Below are positions 26,782-35,788 of a stretch of 62,190 bases of DNA, piece by piece. Source of the stretch: a virus. Its lineage: Duplodnaviria; Caudoviricetes. The notes under the pieces were generated by a model that saw nothing but the letters and a program-made list of their open reading frames with translations, made no database searches and was not told the origin of the DNA. The position numbers and the translations under genes were made by a program. Positions within the stretch are counted from its first letter, which is position 1, and each line of letters begins with the position of its first letter. The DNA lies in IMG/VR virus record IMGVR_UViG_3300031511_000001, positions 1-62,190 of that record; one strand, given 5' to 3'.

Positions 26782-26985
26782 ATGGACAGCCCAATTTCCT
26801 CCTGCGCCTATCCCGGCTATTCGCTGGCGCAACTCAAGGCCAAGATCGAGGACGGCACCTGCGCGGAATCCTCGATCCCGAAGATACTCGCCGAGATCGA
26901 CCGCCGCGAGCGCGTCAAGGCCGGCGACATGAGCGTCGCCACTGCAGCCGAGCGGCTGCGCAACCTAAAGAACGGAGAAGCATGA
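26782..26985 (+). CDS. hypothetical protein
   Basis: AAGGA RBS downstream of the promoter. Confidence 0.55.
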   Translation: MDSPISSCAYPGYSLAQLKAKIEDGTCAESSIPKILAEIDRRERVKAGDMSVATAAERLRNLKNGEA

Positions 26986-27227
26986 TGGCCAAAGGCTACG
27001 CCTTCATCAAGAAAATCGCCGGAAAGGTTGGCTCCGGCAATGCGACCACGACCTTCACCAGCGGCGCTGTGAGCGAGCAGCTTCAGTGCGCCCAGTTCTT
27101 CATGACCATGCAGGATCGCGGCTCCTCGCTCGACGAGGCGCGCGCCTATGCCAATATCGGGCCGACGATCTCCCCCTCGGTCAACTGGGACGAAATCAAC
27201 CGCGTGCTCGACACGTTCATCAAGTAA
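26982..27227 (+). CDS. hypothetical protein
   Basis: ATGA overlap; GGAG RBS. Confidence 0.55.
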   Translation: MMAKGYAFIKKIAGKVGSGNATTTFTSGAVSEQLQCAQFFMTMQDRGSSLDEARAYANIGPTISPSVNWDEINRVLDTFIK

Positions 27228-27236
27228 TATGCCGTC

Positions 27237-27315
27237 ACATGGTTCTCGCCGCGGAAGGTGCGAGCTAAGGAAGACGCCAGCCCGGGACTGGAACGGGCCG
27301 GTCTATGCGCCATGT
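27237..27315 (+). ncRNA. candidate structured RNA (three-way junction)
   Basis: ACATGGT/GCCATGT closing stem; CTCGC/GCGAG and AGAC..GCCCG/CGGGC..GTCT arms in a 120-nt intergenic gap. Confidence 0.3.
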
Positions 27316-27347
27316 TAATTTTCTGAACCACAAATGAGGGACCAAAA

Positions 27348-27695
27348 ATGAACATCAAAGCAGCCATCGAAATGTGGCTCGGGATTCCGGCGTTGCGGCT
27401 CGAAAATGCCGCACTGCGGAAAAGGTTGGAATCGGAAAGTAGGCGCATTTCGGCGCGGATTGCCGAGCTCGACAAGCTCACGGCCATCGACGTCGACATC
27501 GGCATGCGCGGGTCGTGCACGGTCATCCTGAGTGGCGTCTATCGCGGAAAGGGCTACGTCCAGTTCTACGAAATGTCATTCGATGAATTCCGCGATCTGG
27601 TCGAGCACTTCCGGGAGCAGCGGCGCAATCACCTGATCCGCGTCATCGACGAGCCCTATTCGATGCGCGGCTCGTTCGACATTTTCAGGGAGTAA
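27348..27695 (+). CDS. hypothetical protein
   Basis: GAGGG RBS. Confidence 0.6.
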   Translation: MNIKAAIEMWLGIPALRLENAALRKRLESESRRISARIAELDKLTAIDVDIGMRGSCTVILSGVYRGKGYVQFYEMSFDEFRDLVEHFREQRRNHLIRVIDEPYSMRGSFDIFRE

Positions 27696-27701
27696 AGCAA
27701 A

Positions 27702-27878
27702 ATGATCACCATCTTCGGTTACGAGCTCGTGCGCGTCGGCAACCGCATTCATTTGCTCCACGGCCAGCCAACGCCCGGCTTCAACAACTCGGTGCCGGTC
27801 GCTGATCTGGCGGAGGCTTGGGGCATCGCCTGGTACTGGCGCAAGGACGGCGTTCGGCTGCCGTGGCCCGCGAAGTGA
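27702..27878 (+). CDS. hypothetical protein (58 aa)
   Basis: GGGAG RBS; MITIFGYELVRVG...WPAK. Confidence 0.5.
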   Translation: MITIFGYELVRVGNRIHLLHGQPTPGFNNSVPVADLAEAWGIAWYWRKDGVRLPWPAK

Positions 27879-28027
27879 AGGATCATCCTTCGATCGCCGA
27901 GGAAATCTCCCAAGCGCGGCGTGACGGCGCGACCAATGCGCTCTTTGTCATCGTCGCCTATCTCAAAGCCAAGGGCATGCAGGCCCTTGCCGACGAGCTG
28001 ATCGAGGTATTTTCGGATCCCACATAA
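27875..28027 (+). CDS. hypothetical protein
   Basis: GTGA overlap with the previous gene. Confidence 0.45.
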   Translation: MKDHPSIAEEISQARRDGATNALFVIVAYLKAKGMQALADELIEVFSDPT

Positions 28028-28056
28028 AAAACTCCCGCCGATGGGTTCCGGCGGGA
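28026..28056 (-). terminator. intrinsic terminator between convergent operons
   Basis: CTCCCGCCG/CGGCGGGAG 9-bp stem next to an A5 tract (U tail on the minus strand). Confidence 0.7.
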
Positions 28057-28130
28057 GAGGTGGCTGGTCGCTTCGGGAAGAATTGGAGCGGATTGCGCGA
28101 CTCGAACGCGCCTCAAGAGCTTGGAAGGCT

Positions 28131-28478
28131 CTACTCGTCCCTGACAAACCCGCGTCTCAAATCTTCGGCCTTCGAGCGCAACGCAGCGACCATCTCGCGC
28201 GGAGAGGCGAAAAACTCCTGCCGGGAAATCGGCCGCACATTTCCAACCATCCAGTTTTTTGAAGACTGCCGATCAATGCCACCAACGACGGCGGGTTCGC
28301 CTTCGGGCGCCAGGGCAGACAAGCCGGGGAGATTGTGATCGGGCCAGACGTCCGTCGAAACCATCGGCCCCTTCCGCTTCGGCCACCCGGCGATCGAGCC
28401 AGCGCGCATCTCGGCAACAACCGGCGCAGCGGCGATCAGCAGCAGGAGCAGAACGGCGATGGGAACGAGGACGGACAT
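28131..28478 (-). CDS. hypothetical protein with hydrophobic N-terminus
   Basis: MSVLVPIAVLLLLLIAAAPVVA. Confidence 0.4.
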   Translation of the reverse strand: MSVLVPIAVLLLLLIAAAPVVAEMRAGSIAGWPKRKGPMVSTDVWPDHNLPGLSALAPEGEPAVVGGIDRQSSKNWMVGNVRPISRQEFFASPREMVAALRSKAEDLRRGFVRDE

Positions 28479-28533
28479 CAGCGAGCCTTTTGCTCATCGG
28501 AAGCGCCAAAGATTGCGCAAACCGAAATCGATG

Positions 28534-28923
28534 TCAAGCGCGGCTGCGGATTTTTTCCGCAAGCTCGGCAACGATCCGGGCCCGAACTTCTGGCGGCGAC
28601 CGCTCGACCTCCGGCGCCGGCAATCGCAGTCGACCGCGATGTTCGGATTCGAGCCGCGCATTTCGCACCATCCGGCACGCCGTGGCAAGTTGCGGCGGCG
28701 TTGGAGCGAACGCTTGGCGATGATCCGGCAGTTTGCCGCGAAACACCAGATCAACGCCAGCAACAATATCCTGATCGTTGAATTCGTCGAGGACCATGAA
28801 GTAAATGCGCGTCCGTTCCGCAGTCTGTTCGCGGGCCTCGTCAGTGTTCTCGCTGATCTGCAATTCGCGGTAGACTGACGCCAGACGCTTGACCTGGTTC
28901 TTGATGACTGTCGGGCTGCCCAT
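28534..28923 (-). CDS. replication accessory (helicase loader-like) protein
   Basis: Downstream of the initiator; FAPTPPQLA motif typical of lambda-P-position proteins. Confidence 0.5.
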   Translation of the reverse strand: MGSPTVIKNQVKRLASVYRELQISENTDEAREQTAERTRIYFMVLDEFNDQDIVAGVDLVFRGKLPDHRQAFAPTPPQLATACRMVRNARLESEHRGRLRLPAPEVERSPPEVRARIVAELAEKIRSRA

Positions 28924-29770
28924 TTTTCATTTCCCTTTCAAGTTCTTCGATCACGCCGAGGACACCGCGACCGCCGTTTGTCTTATTGTTCGCGTTTTTC
29001 GAACGTTCTGGTGGTGATTGTTGCCGTATTGCGAACGACCTCATGACGGCCTCGCTGAAATAATTCCATCCTCTCGGTGTCACACCTGGCCTTGCTGAGA
29101 GCGCTCTGATGGTCGGGATTATGTCCATGTCGAGATCGGCTCCGGCTTTGAGCCAGGAGAGGATTGGGGCGATGATGATGAAATTCGGATGAGGGTTTGG
29201 ACCGAGATTTGCCGCGGCTGAGCAGAGGTCGGTTATACGATCGAGTTCGGCCTTTGCCGACGGCGATTTCTCGGGTGTTTTTTCTGGCGTTTCCGGGGGC
29301 CGATTTTGCGGTGCGGCAATACCATCAGATGCCGAACGGAGAGAGGTATCTGATACTGTGGGTGTGGGTGTGGGGGTATCGCTGCGGTATCGATCCGGTA
29401 TGCCTTGCGGTACTACCGCGGTATCATCTTTTTTATTGGTTTTCCAACGTTTTGATATTCTATCGCGTTGTTTGTCGCTTTTAGAACGCACAAAAGCACG
29501 CTCTTTCGTCAGTCCTTTTTGCCTCCATTCCTGCGATCTTCCGTCGAGGGTCCAGAAGGCCATTACGTCGTCGCGAATCTCGGCCCATTGTTCAGGTGTG
29601 CAGGCGGCCAGTTTTGCCAGCATGATTTCGTTGTTTGGGAGGGTGCAATTTGGGCGGCGCCACGCCTCCATGAGGAGCAATAAATAGGCGCCGTGACGCT
29701 GCGCATCGAGGTGTCTGGTGTCGGCCAGATACCGATCGGTCCATAATGGAAGTGCGGGATAATCGGCCAT
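28841..29770 (-). CDS. YdaU/DUF1376 replication initiator
   Basis: LPLWTDRYLADTRHL...HGAYLLLLM..W...LP. Confidence 0.8.
   Translation of the reverse strand: MADYPALPLWTDRYLADTRHLDAQRHGAYLLLLMEAWRRPNCTLPNNEIMLAKLAACTPEQWAEIRDDVMAFWTLDGRSQEWRQKGLTKERAFVRSKSDKQRDRISKRWKTNKKDDTAVVPQGIPDRYRSDTPTPTPTVSDTSLRSASDGIAAPQNRPPETPEKTPEKSPSAKAELDRITDLCSAAANLGPNPHPNFIIIAPILSWLKAGADLDMDIIPTIRALSARPGVTPRGWNYFSEAVMRSFAIRQQSPPERSKNANNKTNGGRGVLGVIEELEREMKNGQPDSHQEPGQASGVSLPRIADQREH
29375..29445. repeat. iteron-like GGTA repeats plus T tract inside the initiator gene (putative origin)
   Basis: GGTA at 29375, 29386, 29397, 29409, 29420 (11-12 bp period), followed by TTTTTTATTGGTTTT. Confidence 0.5.
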
Positions 29771-29780
29771 TTGAAAAACC

Positions 29781-30023
29781 CTACCGGTCGGATTTTTGAA
29801 GGGGTTTTTCAGCGCCGTTTTTGGGCCTGTAGACTACTATCTTCTCCAGGCCCAGGATATCCAGCACCTTGTCACCTGGGAACCGGTTGCCGGCAAGTAA
29901 ATCGGTCACGTAGGGGCGCGACAGATTGTGAGCCTTGGCGAAGGCGGTTTGGGATCCAGCGGCAAGAACGTGCTCGCGCAGAACCTCGGTGATCTCGGAT
30001 TGGGAAATGAAATTTCCGGTCAT
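29781..30023 (-). CDS. Cro/CI-type HTH regulator
   Basis: GSQTAFAKAHNLSRPYVTDLLAGNRFPG. Confidence 0.75.
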   Translation of the reverse strand: MTGNFISQSEITEVLREHVLAAGSQTAFAKAHNLSRPYVTDLLAGNRFPGDKVLDILGLEKIVVYRPKNGAEKPLQKSDR

Positions 30024-31111
30024 TGGGTCAGCCCCTTGATGTCGAGGTAGGCTTCGACGACTTCTTTCGCGATGTGCGGATTGATTGCATTGCCGTAGCC
30101 CCGCAGAAGTCCCACGCGGCCGGGTAGCCCATGAGCCAGCGGGAATGTGCCGGGTTCAACTGGCCGCCACTTTCCATCCCGGCAGAAGAGCCAGTCAGCA
30201 TCTCGCCAGAGGCCATTAGTCGGGCCGGCCCGGCTGTCTTGGCCATGACCTGCAACGATGTGATTGCCGTTCTGTTCGAGCCGGTCCCATCGCGCTGCCC
30301 CATGCGTTGCTTCATCGCTAAATGAGCTTCCGGCGACTTGTTGTCGTCGTTCGAGACTGGCGTCGGCCACCCCGCCAGTTGCGCCTGCCTCGGCAGTTGC
30401 GCCTGCCTCGGCAGTTGATCCGTCCTGTGGCGCACCGATCCGTCCGGGTTCGTGGCTTCCGTCGCCATCCCCGCCGTATCTTTCCAGTCGCGGCTGCTCG
30501 CCGTCGACCATCCGGCCAGATGCGTCGCCACCGCCGTCAGCGTGTCGGCCACGCCCCGACTGTGCCGCATCCCCGAGCTTTGGCTGTCTTCCGACCGCGG
30601 CGTCGGCCAACCGTTCAAAAACAAGCCATTGTCGCTGTCTGATGTGCGGCGCGCCGATGCCCGCAGCGCAGATATCGAGCGCCCCGCCGGCGTATCCCGC
30701 AGCTTCCATGTCAGCTTGTACAAGGTCGAGCCAAGCGAGGCCGTCCTTGCTTGCAACCTGCTCGCCAAAGAAGACATCAGGTCTGCGCTGCTCGATGTGA
30801 TAGTGGAGGAAAGGCCATAGGTGCCGCTCGTCAGCAAACCCTGCTCCTGCGCCTGCCGCGCTGAAAGGTTGGCAGGGCGGTGATCCGGTCCATACAGGTC
30901 TGTCGTCGGGCCAGCCGGCGAGCCGGAGAGCGTAGGGCCATCCGCCGATACCGGCGAAGAAGTGGCATTGGGTAAATCGAACAAGCTCATCTGGCGCGAC
31001 ATCGCGGATATCCCTCTCGTCAACTTCGCCGGGCGCAATGTGACCTTGCGCGATCAATTCCCGCAGCCACGCCGCGGCCTTCGGGTCGATCTCGTTGTAA
31101 TAGGCTGTCAC
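30020..31111 (-). CDS. C5-cytosine DNA methyltransferase, alpha chain
   Basis: FFAGIGG (motif I), GSPPCQPFS (IV), FGEQV (VI), RQR (VIII), GYGNAI (X). Confidence 0.85.
   Translation of the reverse strand: MTAYYNEIDPKAAAWLRELIAQGHIAPGEVDERDIRDVAPDELVRFTQCHFFAGIGGWPYALRLAGWPDDRPVWTGSPPCQPFSAAGAGAGFADERHLWPFLHYHIEQRRPDVFFGEQVASKDGLAWLDLVQADMEAAGYAGGALDICAAGIGAPHIRQRQWLVFERLADAAVGRQPKLGDAAQSGRGRHADGGGDASGRMVDGEQPRLERYGGDGDGSHEPGRIGAPQDGSTAEAGATAEAGATGGVADASLERRQQVAGSSFSDEATHGAARWDRLEQNGNHIVAGHGQDSRAGPTNGLWRDADWLFCRDGKWRPVEPGTFPLAHGLPGRVGLLRGYGNAINPHIAKEVVEAYLDIKGLTQ
30028..31002 (-). CDS. nested alternative-frame beta chain of the C5 methyltransferase
   Basis: Open for over 320 codons inside the alpha gene; three GW(P/S)T(P/A) repeats; [14 protein letters not shown] (motif IX-like). 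Confidence 0.7.
   Translation of the reverse strand: MSRQMSLFDLPNATSSPVSADGPTLSGSPAGPTTDLYGPDHRPANLSARQAQEQGLLTSGTYGLSSTITSSSADLMSSLASRLQARTASLGSTLYKLTWKLRDTPAGRSISALRASARRTSDSDNGLFLNGWPTPRSEDSQSSGMRHSRGVADTLTAVATHLAGWSTASSRDWKDTAGMATEATNPDGSVRHRTDQLPRQAQLPRQAQLAGWPTPVSNDDNKSPEAHLAMKQRMGQRDGTGSNRTAITSLQVMAKTAGPARLMASGEMLTGSSAGMESGGQLNPAHSRWLMGYPAAWDFCGATAMQSIRTSRKKSSKPTSTSRG
30376..30417. repeat. 18-bp tandem duplication CAGTTGCGCCTGCCTCGG (2.3 copies)
   Basis: Seen directly; in frame for both nested ORFs. Confidence 0.9.
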
Positions 31112-31166
31112 GCTGGTGCCCCTCGGTGAATTGTCAGCATGGATGCTACACCAATGACGAGGCGTT

Positions 31167-31685
31167 TTACAACACCTTCTTGCGCGTCAAAGTCTCCGGC
31201 TTGACGAAGGCGATCTCCGAGTGCTCAGCGCAGTAGGGCCTGCCCTCGAGCGGCGTCTTGCCGCAAAAGCCGAAGTCAGGATCATGCGGATCGCCGATCG
31301 GCCACTTGCAGGTGTGCTCGTTGATTTCCATGAGTGTGAGCAGCGGCGAAATGACGAACCTGGAGTGCTCCGCTGACGCCACCGGCGGTTCCGGCGTCGG
31401 CGCGCTCTCCGGCTCGGGCTTTTTCTTTTTCGCCTGGGCACGCGCCTTGACGGCCTTCTGCTGGATGCTGCGGTATTTGCCGGATTGGCTATTGCGACCA
31501 TCTGTGGCCTTGGAAACCATCGCGGAATTGACGGGCCTCTCGCGCTTGGGCAGCTTCATGCGATGCACTCTGCCGATGATCGTGTTGCGGCTGACGCTGT
31601 AGACGGCTGCGATCTGGCCGGAGGATTCGCCGTCTATCCAGCGCTTGGCGATGTCATCGAGTTGGAGTTGGGTGAAGCGGATCAT
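31167..31685 (-). CDS. gcrA: GcrA-family cell-cycle regulator
   Basis: SRNTIIGRVHRMKL...TCKWPIGDP...FCG...PYCAEH. Confidence 0.85.
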   Translation of the reverse strand: MIRFTQLQLDDIAKRWIDGESSGQIAAVYSVSRNTIIGRVHRMKLPKRERPVNSAMVSKATDGRNSQSGKYRSIQQKAVKARAQAKKKKPEPESAPTPEPPVASAEHSRFVISPLLTLMEINEHTCKWPIGDPHDPDFGFCGKTPLEGRPYCAEHSEIAFVKPETLTRKKVL

Positions 31686-32245
31686 GGCTTGCCCTCCCAG
31701 AACATTTTGGCTTCGAATGAAGCTTTCGTGACGGGCCCCCAAATGTACCAAGCATGATCTTCAGTGCCGGTCGAGGCGCCGGGAAACCACTGGATCCGGT
31801 CGAGGAGTGCGATCTTGCCGAAGAAGCGCGGGCAGTCACAAAACAGGTGCCGTCGCGTTTTGCCAAAGTCGAACTTGGCGGTGAGAAGCAGCGCGACCCA
31901 GCCATCGCACCGAGCAAGCGATAATTCGGCCCACCGCACAGCAATTCGATTTTGCTTTCCGTAGGGTGGATTGGTGATGATCGCATCAGAAAAACGAGCA
32001 ACCGGTACATCGACGAGAAAGTCGAAGAGCCAGTCGTGCCTACGATCATATTGAACGATGTCCGTTCTTTTCACGCGGGCGCCGTTTTCGTGCAGAACAT
32101 CTGCCATCAGATGGTTGCCGGCGGCCGGCTCCCAGACCGCCATGCCACTGACGTCGAGATGGCGCAAAAGCGCCCCGGTCGCCCATGGTTCGGTTTGATA
32201 GAGATCGTTCTCCTTGCGCGTATAATTCGATGCAACGACGGTCAT
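31682..32245 (-). CDS. amino (N6-A/N4-C) DNA methyltransferase
   Basis: WEPAAG SAM-binding motif; IITNPPY catalytic motif. Confidence 0.8.
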   Translation of the reverse strand: MTVVASNYTRKENDLYQTEPWATGALLRHLDVSGMAVWEPAAGNHLMADVLHENGARVKRTDIVQYDRRHDWLFDFLVDVPVARFSDAIITNPPYGKQNRIAVRWAELSLARCDGWVALLLTAKFDFGKTRRHLFCDCPRFFGKIALLDRIQWFPGASTGTEDHAWYIWGPVTKASFEAKMFWEGKP

Positions 32246-32264
32246 GTCTTCCCTCCAGTTTGTG

Positions 32265-32292
32265 AAAAAGGCGCCAGCCGAAGCCGGCGCCT
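32265..32292 (-). terminator. probable intrinsic terminator
   Basis: AGGCGCC...GGCGCCT stem preceded by an A tract. Confidence 0.5.
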
Positions 32293-32313
32293 CCCGTGGC
32301 CTCGGGTGTTCGA

Positions 32314-33873
32314 TCAGTCGAAATCGGCGTCGGCCGGATCCTCGGGCATGATGGTCTCGGTTTCGCTCTGCGTGGCGCCGAGTTTCTGCCAGCCCTCGTC
32401 CCAAGCCGTCCAGAGCGAAGATCCGGCCCGGTGCGGGTTCGAAGTGCGGACCTGGCCTGCAGCCTGCGCTTTCCAGCCGCGCGCGTATTGGAAGGTGTAG
32501 GCAGCCGGTTCGAGCGGGGTCAGATCGATTGGACCCGGCTCGGCGCTGTCGACAGGCGGCAAGGCCTGATCAAGGTTGTCCGGCTCAGCCTGCGGTGCAT
32601 CACTTTCCGGCTGCATCATCTCGTCCTGAGCTTTCCAGCCGTCGGCCCAACTGCGTTCCATCGGGCCGTCGCCGAGATAGGGATTGGTTTCGACGGGCTC
32701 GCCGCGGGTTCGAGCAGACGCTCCTCGGCGGAACTGATCGGCGTATTCGTCGTCGGTCAAGTTGAGTTCCTGGTTTTCCTTGGGAAGCGCCAGAGGAACA
32801 TCCGGCATTTCGGCGACCTGCTTTTCCTCGACTACTTCGCCAGTTTCCGGATTGTAGTCGATGTTCGCTGCGGCCTCGGCCGAGTGCTCGCTTTCACCGA
32901 CAGAGTTGCCGGGGTCGGCTTCGCCGAGGTCCTCGGCCGCCGCCTGCTCGTCGCTTGACGCTGCGACTTCTTCCTTCATGTCGGCGATCGCCTGATCGAG
33001 GCCGCGCAGCCATTCGAAGGAATCATCGCTACCGGTGTCGTAGGGATTGGCGTCGGCGCCTTTTCCCTCGGCGCCGGCCTGATAGCCGAGATTGCGCGGA
33101 GACAGAGGCTCAATTTCCGGCTCCGGCACCGGCGCGGGCTCGCCATCTTCATTGATCGGTGGCGCATCCGGCTTTGCGTCGGCCGCGTTCCATCCGGCCT
33201 TCCAGTCCTTCCCGGCCTTCGTGCGGCCGTCGAACGGGCATTCGGTGATCTGGTAGCCGCCCATGCGGGAGTTGTGGCCGCCGCGGTATTCATCCGAGAG
33301 AAGCTGGCGACCGGCTTCCTGTTCGGCTTCATTGTCGAACTGGTCACCGCCCTCATCGTCAGGATTTTCGGGCGTATAGGCGTTGTCGGCGTCGGTTTGG
33401 TCACCGCCCTCAGCCTCGTCGTCGAACAGGATCGGCTGATCGCGCATGACCTGGGCCGGATCGCGGCGCTTGTCGAACTGCTCGGCGTCGGCGACAACGA
33501 TCTTGACCGCCTTCTTGCCGGCATGGTTGAGGGTCAGCAGCACGTTGTCCTCGGCAAGCCCGGACGCGACGATCTGGACCGTACCGTCCTTGATCGTGAA
33601 TTTGTCGAGCACGGCATGCACGACGTCGTTCTTGCCCTGAGCGACGATCTCGACGGTGCCGCGCACGAGCTGCATGGCGATGTCTTCCATGTTCTCGACG
33701 GCCTCGCGCTGGTCAGCCTCGCTCATCTTCGGCCAGGGCGTGCGCTCGGCATTCTCGCGAAGACTGCGCAGGAGAGTGTCGCGAATGTCCTGCACAAGCT
33801 GGTTTGGATTGAGCTTGAAGACTTCGCCGGTTTCCGGGTCTCTCAGTTCGAAGGGGTCGATGTTGTCGGTCAT
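32314..33873 (-). CDS. acidic protein with four Rmf-like repeats
   Basis: Four G..A...G.....(N/C)P(Y/F/H).......W..G(W) units; start MTDNIDPF. Confidence 0.65.
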   Translation of the reverse strand: MTDNIDPFELRDPETGEVFKLNPNQLVQDIRDTLLRSLRENAERTPWPKMSEADQREAVENMEDIAMQLVRGTVEIVAQGKNDVVHAVLDKFTIKDGTVQIVASGLAEDNVLLTLNHAGKKAVKIVVADAEQFDKRRDPAQVMRDQPILFDDEAEGGDQTDADNAYTPENPDDEGGDQFDNEAEQEAGRQLLSDEYRGGHNSRMGGYQITECPFDGRTKAGKDWKAGWNAADAKPDAPPINEDGEPAPVPEPEIEPLSPRNLGYQAGAEGKGADANPYDTGSDDSFEWLRGLDQAIADMKEEVAASSDEQAAAEDLGEADPGNSVGESEHSAEAAANIDYNPETGEVVEEKQVAEMPDVPLALPKENQELNLTDDEYADQFRRGASARTRGEPVETNPYLGDGPMERSWADGWKAQDEMMQPESDAPQAEPDNLDQALPPVDSAEPGPIDLTPLEPAAYTFQYARGWKAQAAGQVRTSNPHRAGSSLWTAWDEGWQKLGATQSETETIMPEDPADADFD

Positions 33874-33887
33874 ATGCCTTTTCCCTT

Positions 33888-34307
33888 TCATGGATGGCTG
33901 ATGGTGACTTCCCGGACCTGCAGTCCGGTGTTGGATTCGTAGATTGCCCGGCGAAGCCGGTAGTCGGCGGTGATGGTCGCTTTGCCTCCCTTCACATCCT
34001 CGACGATGGTTTGTCCGGTCTTGGCGTCGACATAGCGGAAATCCGGAGTGTATTTGGCCTTGCGACCGTTCGGATATCCGTCCGACCGGATCAGGAGCGG
34101 TTTTCCGTCGCATTCGAGAATGCGCGATGGGTGCACTTCCAGATCGCGGATATCACCGGCTCGCCGCAACTTCTTCAACTGCCCGTAGCGCAGCCATTCG
34201 GCTTTGCTGTCGAACTTGAAGCCGTCCTCAGTGATGCCCCGGCGTGCGCCGAACTTGTTGCGCTTGGCCTTGATCGGCCCGAGTATGTTGCGGAGTGAAG
34301 GCTTCAT
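33888..34307 (-). CDS. DUF1064 endonuclease-like protein
   Basis: NKFGA...DGFKFDSKAE...YTPDFRY...VEDVKG. Confidence 0.8.
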   Translation of the reverse strand: MKPSLRNILGPIKAKRNKFGARRGITEDGFKFDSKAEWLRYGQLKKLRRAGDIRDLEVHPSRILECDGKPLLIRSDGYPNGRKAKYTPDFRYVDAKTGQTIVEDVKGGKATITADYRLRRAIYESNTGLQVREVTISHP

Positions 34308-34681
34308 GCTGAAAGTCCTTCCTGTTGCTGGCCGCCAGCTGCCTGCGCCTGCTCAAGACGATATCCAACTCCCCAAATGGTAGTGATCTGGACGCCGTAA
34401 GGCTTCAACTTTTTGCGAAGCTTGCAAATGAAAACGTCAACGATTTTTATCTCGGGAGGGTCATCGACGCGGTCGTAGTAGGCGGACTCAAGAATTTGCT
34501 CTTTGCTCACCAGTCCGCCGCGCGCCAAGGCCAAATAAATCTTGGCCTCGATTCCTGTCAGCCGCCATTCGGGCGGAATTGCATCGGTTCCTTTTTTCAG
34601 CAGCCCTTCGAGATAATGAATGTGTTCGCGCAACTGCTCGTTTTCTGCTCGAAGTTCGGCAAGCTCCGTCGTCGCGTTCAT
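34304..34681 (-). CDS. CtrA-like winged-helix DNA-binding protein without receiver domain
   Basis: PEIKIVDVFICKLRKKL...ITTIWGVGYRL versus CtrA PELKIIDVFICKLRKKL...IETVWGRGY. Confidence 0.8.
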   Translation of the reverse strand: MNATTELAELRAENEQLREHIHYLEGLLKKGTDAIPPEWRLTGIEAKIYLALARGGLVSKEQILESAYYDRVDDPPEIKIVDVFICKLRKKLKPYGVQITTIWGVGYRLEQAQAAGGQQQEGLSA

Positions 34682-35511
34682 GCCGATTCCTCGCCCATGG
34701 CGACGCGCACGGTTGCCGCGGCTTCCTTATTAAGACCCCAGCCGATGCCGCGCGAGTTGATGATTTCGAAACCGATAGCGCCGATCTTTCCGCGCAGGAG
34801 GTTGAGAAGCGTTGCCAGTTTGGTGGAGTCGGTCGGCTCTTCATCCCAAACCGCGCGCTCCAAATCCGATCGAGAGACAATCGGCGCCTTGGCAAGAGCA
34901 GAAAGAAGACGCCCCTCGGCCGGAGTGAGTCCGTACCGACTACACAGATCGTCAATGGCTGAAATTCCCTTTCGATCCAAAGCCGAGCGGCCAGCCGGAG
35001 GGTCGCCGCTGATGGCAATTGCGCGCTGGGGTTCGGTCCGTGGCTTTGTCGCGGCCAACGGAACTTGCGCCATCACGATGTCGCGCCGCCCCGGACGCGT
35101 ATCGCTGGCCCAAGATGGTAGAACAATCTCGACAAACCCTTCGTCTGCGTCGCCGTCGAGCTTTTCCCACTGGCACCATTTACGCGGCTCGGCGCGATCA
35201 ACGAATTCCGGCACGACGCCAAGCGCCAGCCGAAACCAAGATCCCTTGGTGCCGATGGTCTTTTTTAGAACCATACCGCCATCCGATCCCGGAGCAAGAA
35301 GCGCAAGGCGCAAAAGGCCATGACTTTCTTCGGTTCCCTGCAGAACTTCGATCAACATGCCATCCTCAAGGCCAAGGATTGCAGCAGTCGACGTTGATAT
35401 GGTCAGGCCAAGGCGCGCCGGCTTTGCGCCACGCTTGCTCAAGGTGGCAGAAATTCCAGTGCCAGCGGTCGGCGACGATGGAGCAACAACCAATCTGCGA
35501 AATCCCATCAC
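34678..35511 (-). CDS. protein with C-terminal OmpR-type winged helix
   Basis: LTPAEGRLL...LRGKI...IINSRGIGWGL. Confidence 0.65.
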   Translation of the reverse strand: MMGFRRLVVAPSSPTAGTGISATLSKRGAKPARLGLTISTSTAAILGLEDGMLIEVLQGTEESHGLLRLALLAPGSDGGMVLKKTIGTKGSWFRLALGVVPEFVDRAEPRKWCQWEKLDGDADEGFVEIVLPSWASDTRPGRRDIVMAQVPLAATKPRTEPQRAIAISGDPPAGRSALDRKGISAIDDLCSRYGLTPAEGRLLSALAKAPIVSRSDLERAVWDEEPTDSTKLATLLNLLRGKIGAIGFEIINSRGIGWGLNKEAAATVRVAMGEESA

Positions 35512-35540
35512 GGAATCCTTTCTGTTATTTGGTCGAGATT

Positions 35541-35768
35541 TTAAACCGGCTTCGCCTTGCCACGCGTCGCGCCCTTGCGCGCATCACGGAGCGATTCGAT
35601 CACTTCCGAAAGTGCGGCCTGAGTGTAGCCAGCCTCGGCGATGCGTTTGTCGACCAGATGCTCGAGCTGCTTGGTGACGACGCGTCCCTCGATCTCGGCA
35701 AGCGCAACAAGCCGGTTCCAGGCATCGTCGCCAAAAATGAGAGTGTGTCCCCGCGATTTCTCCGACAT
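35541..35768 (-). CDS. small ribbon-helix-helix-like regulator
   Basis: HTLIF.DDAWNRLVALAEIEGRVVTKQLEHLV; first gene left of the divergent promoter. Confidence 0.55.
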   Translation of the reverse strand: MSEKSRGHTLIFGDDAWNRLVALAEIEGRVVTKQLEHLVDKRIAEAGYTQAALSEVIESLRDARKGATRGKAKPV

Positions 35769-35788
35769 GAAATTTCTCCGATTGTGTG

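Noticed and set aside
27237-27315. Hammerhead ribozyme
   Set aside because: CTAAGGA only resembles CUGANGA, and the GAAA core is missing.
28015-28040. TCC...AAAAACTCC resembling the array junction
   Set aside because: The spacing differs and the sequence is explained by the terminator hairpin and its A tract.
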